Positions 49,519 to 64,000 of a stretch of 64,000 nt of DNA are shown here, piece after piece. This stretch comes from the human T2T-CHM13v2.0 reference genome, Homo sapiens. Under the pieces are notes generated by a model. It was not told the DNA's origin. It saw nothing but the letters and a program-made list of their open reading frames with translations, and searched no databases. The stretch lies in the NCBI RefSeq assembly GCF_009914755.1, contig NC_060937.1; one strand, given 5' to 3'. The number at the start of each line of letters is the position of its first letter. The stretch's first letter is position 1. Made by a program: the position numbers and the translations under genes.

Positions 49519-52500
49519 CTTAAAAAAGGCTGACTAGAGATCTTTATCTATGTATATCTATATCTATTTATAAAATAAACATGTGTTTATTATATAAAAT
49601 ATATATTATTAATATATAAATTTTTTTTCAAGGTAGAAATATATAAAGAGGGTACATGTAGAGCCTCGGTCATTGTGTAGTAAAGCTCAAGGCCTTTGAA
49701 GAAATGCCCCTTGCCTCTTTTGTCTGTGCTAGAATCCGAGAAGGGAAATCAGCAGATGCACTGGTTCCCAGGTTCTTGGCATCCTACAGAGAGAAACATG
49801 TTTGAGCTAGGGTAGCGTTAAACACCCTTGTTCTTACTCTCCTGTTTTATGTAGTGAGCACAGACTAGCTTCATGAGAACAGACTGTGACAGTCGAGGCT
49901 GTCTGTTATTTTGTGCAGCATTAATTGAGAAATTCTAGTACCTGAAGACCCCTGGGCCATTTGAGGGTAGGTGCTGGGGAGGAAAGGGAAGTTTGCATCC
50001 CTCCTGCTGTGGAGAGAACCCGTGGGAAGCACAGACCTTGTCCTAACTGAAGGCAGACCCCTTGCTAACCAGCTTCTCATCAGCCAACCCTGGATGAGTT
50101 TCCATGTCTATTTACTAAATAATCCTTATTGCTTTTCTTCATATGGGCAAAGTATGGTTTACAGGGACTATTGTTCCTTTGAACACCCATCGTGCAAACT
50201 GCTTCCTGTTGTGGGAAAACAGGTTTCCATATGTGTCTTATTGGGAAACACATAGGCAATTTCTATGTTTTTACTGCATCTATTTCATGGATATGGGAAC
50301 TGAATAGTGCCCATCAAAGGCTCTCCTGCTGTTGGAAATTGATCTGAGAGCGCGGAAGGACATAATTCTTTCTTTGTTCCTGGGCAGCGGTGGTTGAGGG
50401 ATCATTTTGTGGCAGCTACAGTGGCAATGATGGAGGCAGAATGGAGGGATCAGTACCAAGACAAGGAGAGACTTGGCCTCACAATGGCAGCATTGCAGGG
50501 GTGCGCTCTACAGAGCATTTGCTCACATGGTTTTGGGCATTGTCTCTAAATACATTGCTTCCCCAATAGGTTGACCCATTCTAAATAACTCCTTTTCTCT
50601 TTAAAAAAGGAAACTTCATTTGTATGACTTGCAATTGTAAATGACACCAATTGGCCAGTTATCATTCAAATTCTCTGTTACTTAATCCTGCCTTTTCCTG
50701 ACGTATGCAACTTCCCCTAAAAAATTGGACACTTTGTTGCTTACTCATTGTCTTTACACATTTTAAAATGTTGCTTTATGCCCCCAATCCCTAACTACAT
50801 TTTCAATGTTTTGCAAGTGGAGTCCATGTGTTCTTGATTTACGTGAAGCTCAAAATAATGGTTATAGTAACTAGTACTTCATAATTAAGCAAAAAGCTCT
50901 TATTGAAAAATGACAGAACTATACATAGAGATGACAACATGGAGAGATATTTCCTGAGATCACAAAGTTATGGTATGGCAGAACTAGAACGTTGAGAAGA
51001 GACTCTGTGTTCCCAATCATTATTTCTACCAGCAGCTTTCTATTTGGATATTAATAATGTTCTTATGTGGGCAACCCTACATATTTGCCAAGGTTTAGTT
51101 CATTGACAAAGAAATAGAAAGAGCTTCAAGAACACTCTAATCTTTAAAAAATAAAATATCTATAATTGGCCATATGAAAAAAAATTGGTACTTGACATAT
51201 ACTGAGATCGTTTTATTTTGTGCGAGACAAATGAAGTCATAGAACAGAATGTGCTTTAAGTTTTATGAATAGTGCTTGCATGTGTGTGTGTGTGTCTATA
51301 GATGCATATTAGGCCGTTGAAAAGTTTTATTATTCTTTCCAGAAGAGAGACTGCCAACTTTTGAACCTAATTAGAACAAGTAGATTGCTTCTTCATATTT
51401 TTATGAAGGCAAAGAGAGTCTAGTTAAAAATAATTCAACTTATCGTGGAAACGCTATAAATTGCTGTGAAGTGAGTTGCTGGCTATGGCTTGTCAGAGCA
51501 CATATATTGTACAAATCTTAGGGGAGAATTAGTGCTTATGCATTAAAATCAAATCATCTTGCAGCACACCGAGAAAAAGGTTAGACTTTTAAAATAATTT
51601 CAAAGTCATGAAAAGAGCAAATATGCTCAAGAAAGAGCCTAGCAACGCTCAATGACCAATTCCCCTTTTATATAGTTTGGTATCTGAATTAGAATGCCAG
51701 AATCTACAAATTCCTCTGGGTGAGGGTGCTGCATTTTGAGGATTTTATAACACTGCCATCACCAAGCTCTCTTTTGTTATTCACTTTAAGGAGATAATTT
51801 ACGGGCAACCAGGGAACATAAACCAAAGTAGATGTCTATCTAGATATATAGATACATCTCCATATCATTGACAAGATACCTTCTGGCCTAGTGTGAGTAC
51901 AATCTATGGGTGTGGTTGGAGAGAACATGTGTTCCACCTGAATGGCAGATCAAGATTATTCCTTCTCATCTGCTGCAATGGCTCAGTGTGTTAAGGAGAG
52001 GAGCGAGACAGCAAGAACTGCATTCACTTAGTCATACAGACCAAAAGGAGGAATGTCGCCCAGCCCTCTTAACTGACCCAGAACACAGCTCATGTCTCAA
52101 CTGCTACCTCTACTATTTAGAAAGAAGTGACTCTGCCAAATCAGGGTTCTGGACAAATATATTTTTATTGATCACATACAAATAGATGAAGATGGACTTG
52201 GATGTTAAGAAAAATAATACTATACAAAATCAAGAGTAGACAGTCACTCCTAGACTTAAATTAAGAGTGTGTACATTAGATAATTTAATCCAATGTATCA
52301 GGTAAAAACTTGAACAAACCTTTTGGCCTCTTCCATACAATTCAGGGAAGCATGTCCTCCACAAAACAGTATCAAAATATAAATAAAAGACTGGCTTAAG
52401 ATGAAAGGAAACCTTATGAATGAAAAGAAGCCAGATGAGAGGCACTTAACTGAGAATGAAAAGAAACTGAGTGGACAAAATAATTATGAGAAGATGAACC

Positions 52501-53399
52501 TTCAAATCAGAAAGAGGGAAAAAAGCTTATTTGATACTATGGGAACTCAAAAGAGAGTGAACACAAATGTGAAAATTCCAGGAGTAAAGAAAAGTAGCAC
52601 AGCTGAATTAAGAGCATGAGAAAATGTATACAATTTTGAGTAATAAGAACAGAAATCAAAAGTAACTATTGTATGTTATATTTTAGTAGAGCAACACTGA
52701 AGAAGAATGAAAACAAGAAATAATATTAAATATGAACATAAGGAGAAGAGAATAATATTTTTAAAATTTTGAGTTTCTAAGTTTACCTGAAATTTTAATT
52801 TTGGTTTCTTATGTAATACCAGAGTTATTAGGAAGTTATTAGCTAATAACACTATTTTCAGTGATATTTTAAGTATTTGTCCTAGAAAAATTTCTATTTT
52901 TTAAAAATGTATATTTAAAAATACATTAAATGTGTATATATATCAATCATATGTATCGATTTCTGTTTTTTTTTTGAATTGCAAATGAAATCTGTATTTT
53001 TGTGTTCCTGGAAAAAAATAAACTTGACTGGATCGTAATATATTATTCATGCTGTAATTCAATGTATTTGAATACTTTAAGAATGTTACATTTATAGTTA
53101 ACAGACATTGACCTATAAATTTTCTTTCATATAATGATGCTGTGAGACAATCTAAGAAGAATTAAAATTTAAATTCATGTATTCCTACATTTTCCTCTGT
53201 TCTCTAACTGTAATATATTTTAATTACAGATGGAGGAACAGATAGATGTTAGATAAATAGGTATATAATAGATAGATCATCCAAAATTCTTATTCTTATG
53301 GTTTTATGCAGTCAGTATTTACCTCTATTTTTCTACATGTTTATCCTTCCAATTTAGTTAATTACTTCCTGCACCTTTGATGTCATATATATAAACAGG

Positions 53400-54131
53400 A
53401 AATAACACGTGGTGGCCAGAATGTAGAGAGAGCCACAAGACTTGTGAATAAAATCCACAGGCAAGCATGTGGCGATTCCTTTTGCAGTTTTGGAGGGAAT
53501 GCCAAACCCTATGTTTGCTGTGGAAAAGAGTATGGTAGTTCCTCAAAACATCAAAATGATATTGCCATATGACTCAGCAGCGCCACATCTCAGGATAGCA
53601 AAAGAATTGAAAGCAGAGTCTTGAAAAAATATTTGCACATCCATGTTTGCAGCAGCATTATTGGCAATAGCTAAAACGTAGAAGCACGTGAAGTGTCCAA
53701 CAACAGATGAATGGATAAGCACAATATGATATATACATACAATAGAATATTATTCAGCCTTAAACATGAGGGAAATATTCTGACATATGTTGCAACTTGG
53801 ATGAAACTTGAGGATATTATGCCAAGTGAAATAACTTAGTCAGTGAAGGACAAATACAGTATAATTCCATTTGTATAAGGGACTTAAAGTGGACAGAATC
53901 ACAGAGATAGTACAATGATGGTTGCCAGAAGCTGGGGGGAGGAAGAAATGGGGAAGTATTGTTTAATGGGTATAGAGTTTCAGTTTCACAAGATGAAACG
54001 AGTTATGGAGATGGATGGTAGGGATGGCTGCACAATGTTATGACTATATTTAGTACCACTGAACTGTACTCTTAAAATGGTTAACAGAGTACATTTTATG
54101 TTATGTGTATTTTATCACAATAAAAAAAATA
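53400..54131 (+). mobile_element. L1MA/L1MB-type 3'-end fragment
   Basis: tgtccaacaacagatgaatggataag...acttggatgaaacttgaggatattatgccaagtgaaata...gaactgtactcttaaaatggttaa plus A-rich tail. Confidence 0.88.
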
Positions 54132-55829
54132 AAATACCTTAGGAACATTTTCCTGAAAGAGTCCACATAAAATTCGTTTTAATGCATGTGTTTATGCATA
54201 GCTTTCTATTTTTCTCTTTTCTATTTATATTCCAAATTAGAATATAATGCTAATCAAGCATAGTGGCTGTGTTTCTTGCTTCCTGTAGTCTGCAGGTAGC
54301 ATACAAATGTAATAAACTACTTATTCATGTCACATCTATTTATTTTCTGCCTTATACCAAGCTTGTGGGATTCTCTTAAATACAACATTTTTATACTTAC
54401 ATCTAGGCAATACCCATTAGCATCGCCTTCCTAAATCAGGGGAAATTGAGCCTCTGTAAGGTGGAGTAACTTCCTAAGATACAAAACTCAGCATTAAAGT
54501 CTGTATACTTCAATATCCTGCCCCCTTCTCATTTGTCTTTACTGCCTTTTATGTATGTGTTAGATATTCAATAAATTCTGTTTTTTAAACTGAATTTAAG
54601 CCGTGGAGCAGTGTTTTGTTGAACAATAAATATGATATAAGACACTCTTCCTCCCTTTCATTTATGATGCAGTTCATGAAAAAGAGAAACTCTTTCATTG
54701 TGCTAGAAGCTTAAAGTAATGAAAATGCCACGTTCTATATTAAACAGAAACTGAAGGGAATCAAGGTGAATTGCATGAGACATAGAAAACAAGTGGGAAA
54801 GAAATCTAGTATAATTTGCCCTTTGTGTACCTTTATTATTTAGCGTTTGAGTAAATGTTTCCCCCAAATATCTTCCCATCTTAATTCATGTCTATAAAGT
54901 AGACATTTATGTCTCACCTTGTCAAGAAGGGCAAACTCTAACATAAACATTTCCCAAAAATGCTTCCTGCTAAAACGTAAGCTCAGTCTGGCTAGAAATT
55001 AAGCTCACTTCATAAAGATTAATTGGTAGCTAATCTTTGCATGCTGTTCTCTGAACTTGAGTGAAAGCTGTCCATCAGGCATACAGGGAATGATGGAAAA
55101 AGTGACAACAGAAGATGAATGCTATGTCACTAACCTTCAAATATGACCTTCCTTGTCTTTTAAATTCTTGATATCTTAAGACTTCATTAATTCATCTCTC
55201 TTTGCCCTGGGTTCAACATTGTGCTATACCAAAACTCATGTAAAACAATGATCTAAGGTAATAAAAATGGCATTTTTCTTTCATGTGGATGCAAGCTAAC
55301 TGGCATTTTTACAATCAACATATTTCCTTTGTCAATTTTTGATTCTGTATTGGAAGTAATTCATGGGTATTTCTGAAGGGAAGATGGTGTTTCTGTGTTC
55401 ATTGTGATCCAAACTGTTTTTAGACCTAGTGGCGTTTGTAAAACAATTTGTGCCAGCTGACCAAGGACCACTGTGGCAGAAAGCAGCAAACTTGCGTAAG
55501 ATGTCACTGCCTCATCAGTTGGCTTTGAAAACTAGGGGCTTACTCTATAGTCTTATGAATCAAAGACATTGATAGATGTAGTATAAGATTACAATCATAT
55601 TTTCCTTTTGACAGTCACATTATAAAGCATGATGTATTGTAATTAATCTCAATTAGCTGATCACAATTAAAATTAATAAGGTTTCTTATTGCTGATAAAA
55701 ATCATGACTCTCCTGTTCTCAAATGTGCAAGAAATTCTTGTAATTTTAATACAAATTTGCATATTATTACTAATTGATTTAATCTCATTGGATTTGGTTC
55801 ATGGACCCAATTTATTAAAATATTGATAA

Positions 55830-56180
55830 TGGGGTAATGATTTGTCTCCCCATTTCATTTACACTAAAAGCCACAATTCTTACAATGGTCTGCAAGCCCA
55901 TCATTATCTGCCGCATGTTAACCGCCAAAATTCTTTTATATCTTCACCCTTCATCTTACCAGTGTTCCTGGCCACCTCACTGTCCTATAGACATGCCAAC
56001 AAGCTGCTGTCTTATGACGAAGACTAGTTAATTTCTTGGCCTGGAAAGATAGCCCTCCATATATCCATTGATGATCTCATTCAACTTCCTCAAGTCTTTA
56101 CTGAAACCTCACATTCTCGATGAGACCTATTCAGTATTTCAAACTGCCTCCCAGTTGCAACATTCCAAAACCCCTTACTC
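55830..56180. mobile_element. Degraded L2 fragment
   Basis: tacactaaaagccacaattcttacaatggtctgcaagccc...ctcattcaacttcctcaagtctttactgaaacctcacattctc. Confidence 0.5.
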
Positions 56181-56199
56181 TTCTGTGTATTTTTGAAAG

Positions 56200-58700
56200 G
56201 ATTTTTTGAGATATAATTCACATAGAGTGCACACATTAATGTCTACAAGTCAATGGCTTTTCGTATATGCACAGATAAGTGGAGCCATCATCACAATGAA
56301 TTTTAGAGCATTTTCATCACTTCAAAAAGAAACCCCACCTTCTCTAGCTGTTAACCTCCTATGAACCCATCCCCTCCTCAATTCTAAGCAACCGCAAATC
56401 TGTTTTCTATCTCTATAGATTTTCCTATTCTATTTTCATCTAAATAGAATCATACAATAGGTGGCCTTTTGTGCCTGGCTTCTTTCAGTTGGCATAATGC
56501 TATCAAGTTTCATATACGTATTGGTACTTTATTTCTTTTTATAACCGTATAATATTCAATTTCACGGATATAACATTTTGTTTATCCAATAATATTTTTA
56601 TTGACATTTGAGTTGTGTTCAGTTTTTGGCTATTTTAAATACTGCTGCTAAAAATACTTGTGTACAATTTGTGTTTGAACACCTCTTTCCAATAATCTGG
56701 GTGTATACCTAGGAATAAATTTCTAGGTCATATGACAATTCTATGTTTAATATATTTAGAAGCCATCAAAGTATTTTCCAAAGTGGCCAATTCTAGCCAT
56801 AGAGTGTCTAACTGTGGTTTTGATTTGTAGTTGCCTGATGAGTGATGCTATTGAGTATGTTTTTATGGGATTATTGACCGTTCGTGTATCTTCTTGGGAA
56901 ACACATCTATTCCTATCATTTATCAGTTTTGAGTTGGGATATTTGTTACTGAGTTAAAACAATTTTTCTATATTCAAGATACATATATATACAGACATAT
57001 AGATACGTGTTTTTCAAATATCTTCTCACAATTTTTGAGCTGCCTTTTGACTTGCTTGGTTGTCCTTTGAAACACCAATGTCTTTAATTTTTAACAAATT
57101 TTAAATATCTAATTTTTATTTTGTTGCTCATGTTTTTGGTGTTACAGCTATTTCCTTGCTAGATCCAAAATCGTGAAGATTTTCCCATATGCTTTATTCT
57201 AGCTCTTGCATGTATGTATTTAATTCATTTGAGTTAATATTTTTGTATGCTTTGGGGTAAGGGTTCCAATTTATTATTTTGCAAGTGGTGATCCACGTGT
57301 ACGTTGTTGACCCAGTTTGTTCAAAGACTGTCTCTTCCTCATTGAATTGCACATGTCACCACTGTAAGAATCCATTGACTATAGATACATAGTTTCATAT
57401 ATGGACTCTCAATTCTCTTCCATCAATCTATATATTTTTCCTTCATCAGTATTGTGTTTTCTTGATTACTGATGCTTTGCCGTAAGGTTTGGAGCAGGAG
57501 GTGTTAATTATCCTAATATGTTTTCTTTTTTCAAGACTATTTTGGCTATTTTGAGTCCCTTACAATTCCATGTGTATTTTAGAATCACCTTGTCAGTTTC
57601 TAGACAGAAGTCTGTTGGGATACTTGTACGGATTTCATCAAATCTGTAGTTCAAATTGTAAAGTACTACAATATTAAATCTTCCAATTCATGGGTGTAAG
57701 ATGTTTGCTAATTATTTAGATCTTCTTTAAACAATAATTTTTAATTTTCAGAGTAAAATCTTGTATAATATTTTCCAAATTAATTATTATTTCTTTTTTT
57801 GATGCTGTTGTAAATTGAAATGTTTTCTTAATTTCATTTTGGGGTTTTCATTGTAGATGTGTGCAATTGGTTTTTGTATATTTACCTTGTATGCTGTAAT
57901 ATTGTTGAAATAATTTACTAGTTCTATTGATCAGTGGATTCCTTAAAATTTTCTATATACAAGAATGTTATTTGCAAATAAAGTTTCATTTCTTCCTGTT
58001 CAATATAGGTGACTCTTATTTCTTTACTTGCCGATTAGCCCTGCATAAAATCTTTAGTACAGTGTTGACTAGAAGAGGTCAAAGTATATATCTTATTCTT
58101 ATCTCCGACCATTGCGGGAAAGTATCCTTTCTTTCACCACTAAGTTGAATGTTTGTTGTTGGCTTTTCACAGGTGCCATGTATCTGGTGTAGAAAGTTCT
58201 CTATTCCTGGTTCATTGAGTTTTAATTTTTATTTGTAATTATTAAAGCATTTGGATTTTCTTAAATGTCTTTTCTGAATCTATCGAGATGATCACGCAAT
58301 TCTTGTTTCTTATTCTATGGATAAGATGTATTATCTTAGTGGGTTTTAGGCTGTTAAACCAACCTGGGATGACTAGTATTAATTTCACTTTGTCATAGTG
58401 TATAATTCTTTTATATGTTGCTACATTTGATTTGTTAGTATTTTTTAAAGAATTTTGCATTTATACTTATAGTAGTTTTATTTTTCTATGCTATTTGGAC
58501 TAAATTTCGTATCAAGGTAACACTGGCCCCACAGAATAAATTGGGAAGTGAATATTTCTCTATTTAAAAAAAAGTTAGTCAAGAATTAATATCAGTTAGT
58601 CAATACCAACAAATATGATCAATATTATAAATTATTAATTTCTCTGATTTTTATTTTCTTCCTTCTGCTTGCTTTAGGTTTAGTTTGCTATTTTTTCCAG
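56200..58700 (-). mobile_element. Old L1M (ORF2 and 3' end) relics
   Basis: ORF 58242..58460 KRIIHYDKVKLILVIPGWFN...IISIDSEKTF is L1 RT-like; 3'UTR-like ttgagatataattcacat at about 56207. Confidence 0.85.
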
Positions 58701-58764
58701 TACCTTAATGTGGAAGGTCATCTTATCTCATCCTTTCATTTGTCTTTTCATTTTCAAAATAGTG

Positions 58765-59060
58765 TCTTTTTAGCATCAGGTGAGCTCCCCAGGTTGGTAG
58801 TACTCCATGTTTATTGCTGTACAACAATGACAGGTAGTACGTCCTGAAGACAATGGAAACAACATTCAAAATCCTCCTAGATTCCACCTTATGTGATATG
58901 TCCCTTCCTTTGATTGGTTCTAATTTCTACCCTTTCTCTATTATAAACCATGAATACAATGGCATTCAATGAGTTCTGTGAGTCTTTCTAGTAAATTCTT
59001 GAAACTGAGGGTGTTCTGGGGAAACCCCTGAACTTGCAGTTGGTGTCAAAAGTGAGAATC
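58765..59060 (+). mobile_element. MER21/MER77-like LTR fragment
   Basis: gagttctgtgagtctttctagtaaattcttgaaactgaggg...acccctgaacttgcagttggtgtcaaaagtgag. Confidence 0.55.
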
Positions 59061-59672
59061 GTATATGGCCTCTTCCTTTGAACTTTGCAGCTGGACCCAA
59101 ACTCTGCACAATTTGGGCCAGAAGTCTCGTGTTGACTTTGCAGCCTAAATTATCTTGTAGTTTGTCTAACCCTTAATAAATTTGCTTTCATCAAATATTG
59201 TATTTGTTATCCCAAAATTACCATCATGTTTTTTTCTCCAAATAACTAAAATTGGGAGAAATAGCCAGCTGAATCTGTAACTCAACAGAAACAAGTGATC
59301 CATATACCATATAAGTGGCCATTTCATTTTGTCTCCTTCCACCAAATCTTAGCAACCTCAACCATTACCATGAGCCACTGTAGGCCTACCGGCTACAAAC
59401 AAACAAGTGTCTTTAAAAACATTTCACACTCCCATTTGATAAATTTCCCAGCAAAGAGATGACTGCTTTAACTCTATGCACGTGGGTCATATTCGCAAAG
59501 TCTGGAGATATTATTCATGTAGTGTGAGAAAATCATCCCAGCGATGCCAGCACATTCTCCTTCCCATGATCTGCTTAGTTTGCAAACATGTTCAGGCCAT
59601 AGGTGAGAGATTTGCATTTTACAGTACAACAATTTTATGGAGGACATTGAAACCTAGATTGAGCATTTTAGT

Positions 59673-60013
59673 ACAGTCACACATCACTGAATGTTAGGGA
59701 TACGTTCTAACAGATGCATCCATAGGCAATTTCATCGTTTTGTAAACATCACAGAGAATATTACAAACACTTAGATTGTACAGCCTACCACTTCTAGGTT
59801 ATATGGTAGAGCCTCTCTCTCCTAGGCTACAAACCTGTGTACTACATTACCGTACTGAATACTGCAGGCAATAAGAACACAGTGATAAGAGTTTATGTAT
59901 GTAAACATACTTAAACATAGAAAAGTATGTAAAAATATGTATTATAATCTCATGGACCACTTTTGCATATGTAATCCATCTTTGACAGAAATGTTATTAT
60001 GCATTACATGACT
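59673..60013. mobile_element. Tigger3/MER7-like TcMar non-autonomous DNA transposon
   Basis: ta|cagtcacacatcact at the left end and gcattacatgactc|ta at the right; internal gctacaaacctgt and attataatctcatggaccac. Confidence 0.82.
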
Positions 60014-63000
60014 CTAAGACAAAAATAAAATAACACATTGTAAAAAATGTACACATGTACCAAACATATTAATATTATAAAAATAAAAATATTCAGTGTA
60101 AGAATTTGTAGTGATCACAAAATATTCACAGCTTATATTTTAGTACAGTTGCAAAAGCCTAGTGCAATTACTATTTATTTCTGTGTGTATATTAAACATG
60201 TATATAATAAATATTTTTCAGGTTCAACAATATATATCAATCCTACTGGCTCTTATAAATATTAGTTAAAATCAATTAGTAAATTCATGTATATATATAC
60301 ACACATGTGTATCAGTGAGTGTGTGTGCATGTATGGGTGTGAATGTAATTGTAGGTGTGTGTAAATGTAATTGGATGCATCCTAATATTTATCCTACCTA
60401 CAAGATTTCCAAGATTCATTTATTATCTTTAGATGATGTGCATTTAAAGATTTACCAAATAAAACTCTAATCGTGGAAAATCTCAAGATGTTATTAAATT
60501 CACCTTGTGCACATAATTGTTTCTTTAAATTTATGTTTCTTGCAAAACCAGCATTAACGCTCATGCACAAAATAATTTTCTAAATAAAAAATGAAAACAT
60601 TTTCTCAGTCATTAATTCTTAATAATTATTTCTCTCCAATAATTAATGTGAATTGATTCTTAATTCTTAACTATAGAATAATGTTGCCCTTCAGAATTCT
60701 GAAACTTTTGCATGTTGTATACATTTCACTAACTAGTTAGAACAACTTCTGGAATATTGGCATTAATTAATGTCACTCAGCAATTATTGATTTCAAAGAA
60801 ATTAAATACCTGAATCACAAGGGTATTTTGGCATCTAATTTAATCAAGCTCTTTGTATCATCATCTACACGTTAATTACTTAACAAACATTTCTCTGTGT
60901 GAGAAAGTTTGAGCAGGTTATTGTGCTTTGTTAATATGCAACTTTTGCTTAATCTAGAGATAGGCAACGCTCCCTGTAAGGGACAAAGAGAAAAATGAAT
61001 GAGCAATAGAGATGTGACAGGCATGGAAAAAGACAATACATTTATAAAACAAATAGGGCCACAGATGACGATAATGGGGATAAATCTTGAGATACTGACT
61101 CAGTTTACAACCGCACTGTATAATAGAGCAAATCATTTGTTAATTTTTTTACAAATGGAATTTAATTTAATTAAGATGAATAAAGTATTTTAAACAAGGC
61201 TTGTCATCTTAAAATAAAATAGTGGAATAAAGTGATAAAACCAATGTAAAAATCATAAACATTGTATAAAGAATTTTTTCAGGTAATTTAATATTTTTGT
61301 TTATTTAAAATCACCCTAATCAAAATAATATTATCTTAATTAACAAGTAATCATCAGAAGTTTAACTAATTTTTACTTTATAATACTAGGTTTAAAAATT
61401 CTTAACTATATTTTTAAGCATATATGCTTATATATAAAATAGACACAGGATATATATTTACATGTTCACAATATTATATTGTAATTGTTCCTATGCATGC
61501 GGGTTTTCAATAGAATTAATAAGTACTTTTAAAAGGTTCCAATTTCAATGATATATATGCTTGATTTTTCTTTGACAAAGCATACATATATTGATAGGTA
61601 ATAATATGAAAATCTTCTAAAGACATTACAGGAACATGAAAATGTAATTAAATACTCAATAATTTGTAATGTTTTATGTAAGCAGAACACATTTAACTGA
61701 AAATCGCTTTTATGTAATACTCAAACGAGACTAAAAACATTTTAACTAGCGGAGTAAGTCTTCAAATTGATAATCTGAACTACATAAGAGTAGAAACTTC
61801 AGGCACTCAAATATTTGAAATGCTACAAAATACTTATATAAACTAATATTTAAAAATTTCTGTTTGTAGAGTGCTACACAGTAATCAATATAAATGACAT
61901 CTCAAGTCTTTCTATAGCTTTGACCACATTTACCTCCTAATTTTAATTATTAATATGTTGGAGCAGTACATACAACAAGACTCCGATCTTCCTTTTTAAT
62001 GAGTAAAAATATATCCTTTGAGACAGCATTAAAGAAAGAGCACCTTGTATAAATTCAATTCAAAGAGACAAGATATTCTTGACTCTGAAGTCTTGTTCGT
62101 TGATACAGCAATGTAATTAATAATAAGAAGAAAAGCAGGACATAGATGTGGAGACTATTTTAATCAAAAATTGTCTATAGATTTTGATGATAAAATTTAA
62201 AAATCTACTGTATTTAGTTAGTTACAAAAAACTAGGTTATAGGAACATATTTGGTCAATAAAACACCCCTACCAAATGCTGACAAGAAAAAAAGTTAGGT
62301 ATCACCTTTCTTCTCTGCAGATGGCCTGAGATGGGTTAATTTAAAGGAATGCTTCCAAACCTGAGGTGACCCCTGAGAACAGCATAATCCACTGCTGTCT
62401 CCTACATTCAGTTTCTCAGTCTGTGATCTTTTAATTTTGTGGGGAGGGAAGCCAGTCCTTTAAAGCGATCTTCAGCATGATGGCAGAGCCAAGGAGTGTG
62501 GACAGGTGGCACGGTGTCTGACTTTGTTCCAGCAGCCACTTGGGCTTTCTCTGGGTCTTCTGTGACCTAGGGATAGCACCACTATTGAAAACATGTCTTT
62601 GTGACATTCTCTATGCCAGGAACTCCCAACACATTTTCCTTGAAACTGATGAAATGAATAAAAATAAACCAAGAGGTGTGCTGTTTGTTTCTGTTTCCTC
62701 CTTTCTGCAGCCCTTCTTGATCATCTAATATTTTTAAATACATTGTCGATCACCAAAAGGAGCATAAGGGCTTTATTGATTTGTAGTAGATGTATTAATA
62801 GTCCAGCCGCTATTCCTTGCCTGTAGCTGCCGGGAAGAAAACCATTCTTAACACTCTACAAGGTCTCATCTCCAGAATTTGCACCTGTTTCTAGCTGAGG
62901 ACTTTCTCTAGCAGCACGGGAGCTTGTGACTGGGCATGAAGTGGGAAGAAAAGTGAGGGTAACTAAGAAGAATCTCCCTGGATTCAGTGATGTAATTCTG

Positions 63001-64000
63001 AGGCATGTTCCACATAGCTTCCCAGAGAATTAAGCCCAGATATCTAACACAGGAACTTGCCTCTTAACACGTGTGGTATTGGCTTTTCTATCTTTCCTGT
63101 TTTAGTTTGTTCCCTCTTCCTTGTCTCACTTTCACCGTGTCCTCACTCCTGCTTTAAGAATACCCAAACAAATAAATTCATTTATTTTTTTAGACTCTCA
63201 GAACACAGTTGATAGTTGAACTTGTAATCTATGATAATCAGCTTGGATGCTATACTGACAGGAAGATGGTGAACTCACCATGTCTAATTAAGATAAAATA
63301 TAAAAATATATTGATTCATGTCCAAAGATTTAAAAAATCTAAGCGGCAGTGTCACAATTTCTTCTTTTTAGTTTACATAGTTTCTTAAACGCCTACAATT
63401 ATTTTAAAGGAAGACTTGAGTCTAGGAAAAATTGAGACATATGGAATAAATTACTAACACATTTCTCCTTGAAATCCATTAGATGCTTGATGATTTTTCA
63501 CATATATTTCTGAATTGAAAAGCTAGCTGTGAATTACTTTTATCAGCATATCCTTATGTAATATTTTGTTTTTAACAGTGAATTGAAGCTTTAAAGGTTA
63601 AATTATTCCATCCAGAGAATAAAAAGCAATTATTTCACAAGGAGAACTTGTGTATGTTGACACGACATTTTAAAATCTAGATTTTAAAACAGGTCCTATA
63701 TACTTTTGAGTCAATTAGAATATGTTTGTATCAGTCTGTCTACAGTTTTACACCTGTCAAAACGTACTTGAACTACAACAAGTACCTTGAAAAATTTTGA
63801 AATTTATTATTCCTCTGAAACTGATTAAAAGAATTATGGTAGAGTGAAATTCTGATTGACATAATTTGGGAGAGAAATTATTCCTTGGAGATCAACCTCT
63901 GCCAAGATAGTTTATAACGACATTGAGACTTTTTGATTTACAAAATTTGTTATATAAAAAATACTAAGAAGATGACAGATAATACACAGACTTTAATTAA

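Noticed and set aside
62305-62372. Possible 45-nt exon (ctctgcag|atggcc...ctgag|gtgacc)
   Set aside because: Weak donor and no recognisable product.

Overview
Primate (human or great-ape-like) genomic DNA with the look of a pericentromeric segmental-duplication mosaic. I see no intact protein-coding gene, rRNA, tRNA or CRISPR array. Two unprocessed gene fragments lie on the minus strand: the signal-peptide exon of ROBO2 isoform a (9906-10027) and coding exon 1 of KSR1 (46850-47080). On that strand each lies downstream of a copy of a GC-rich ~22-bp tandem array (GGGGGCAAAAAGCCGCGGCGGC; 13593-15320 and 47233-47908). The two arrays share a ~135-bp right flank and have unrelated left flanks. Other main items: a full-length but inactivated L1PA3/4-type LINE-1 (37550-43710, minus) with an open antisense ORF0, abutting a (CATTT)n array; a 1.5-kb (TATATTCA)n array enclosed by a 134-bp inverted repeat with 4 mismatches, just inside the ROBO2 intron; and many Alu, LTR, DNA-transposon and old L1/L2 relics. 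Gene and repeat-family names come from recalled sequence, not database searches. Species and chromosome cannot be fixed from the window. The best candidate for a 'system' is the GC-array junction cassette, and related repeats are already known at primate duplication breakpoints.
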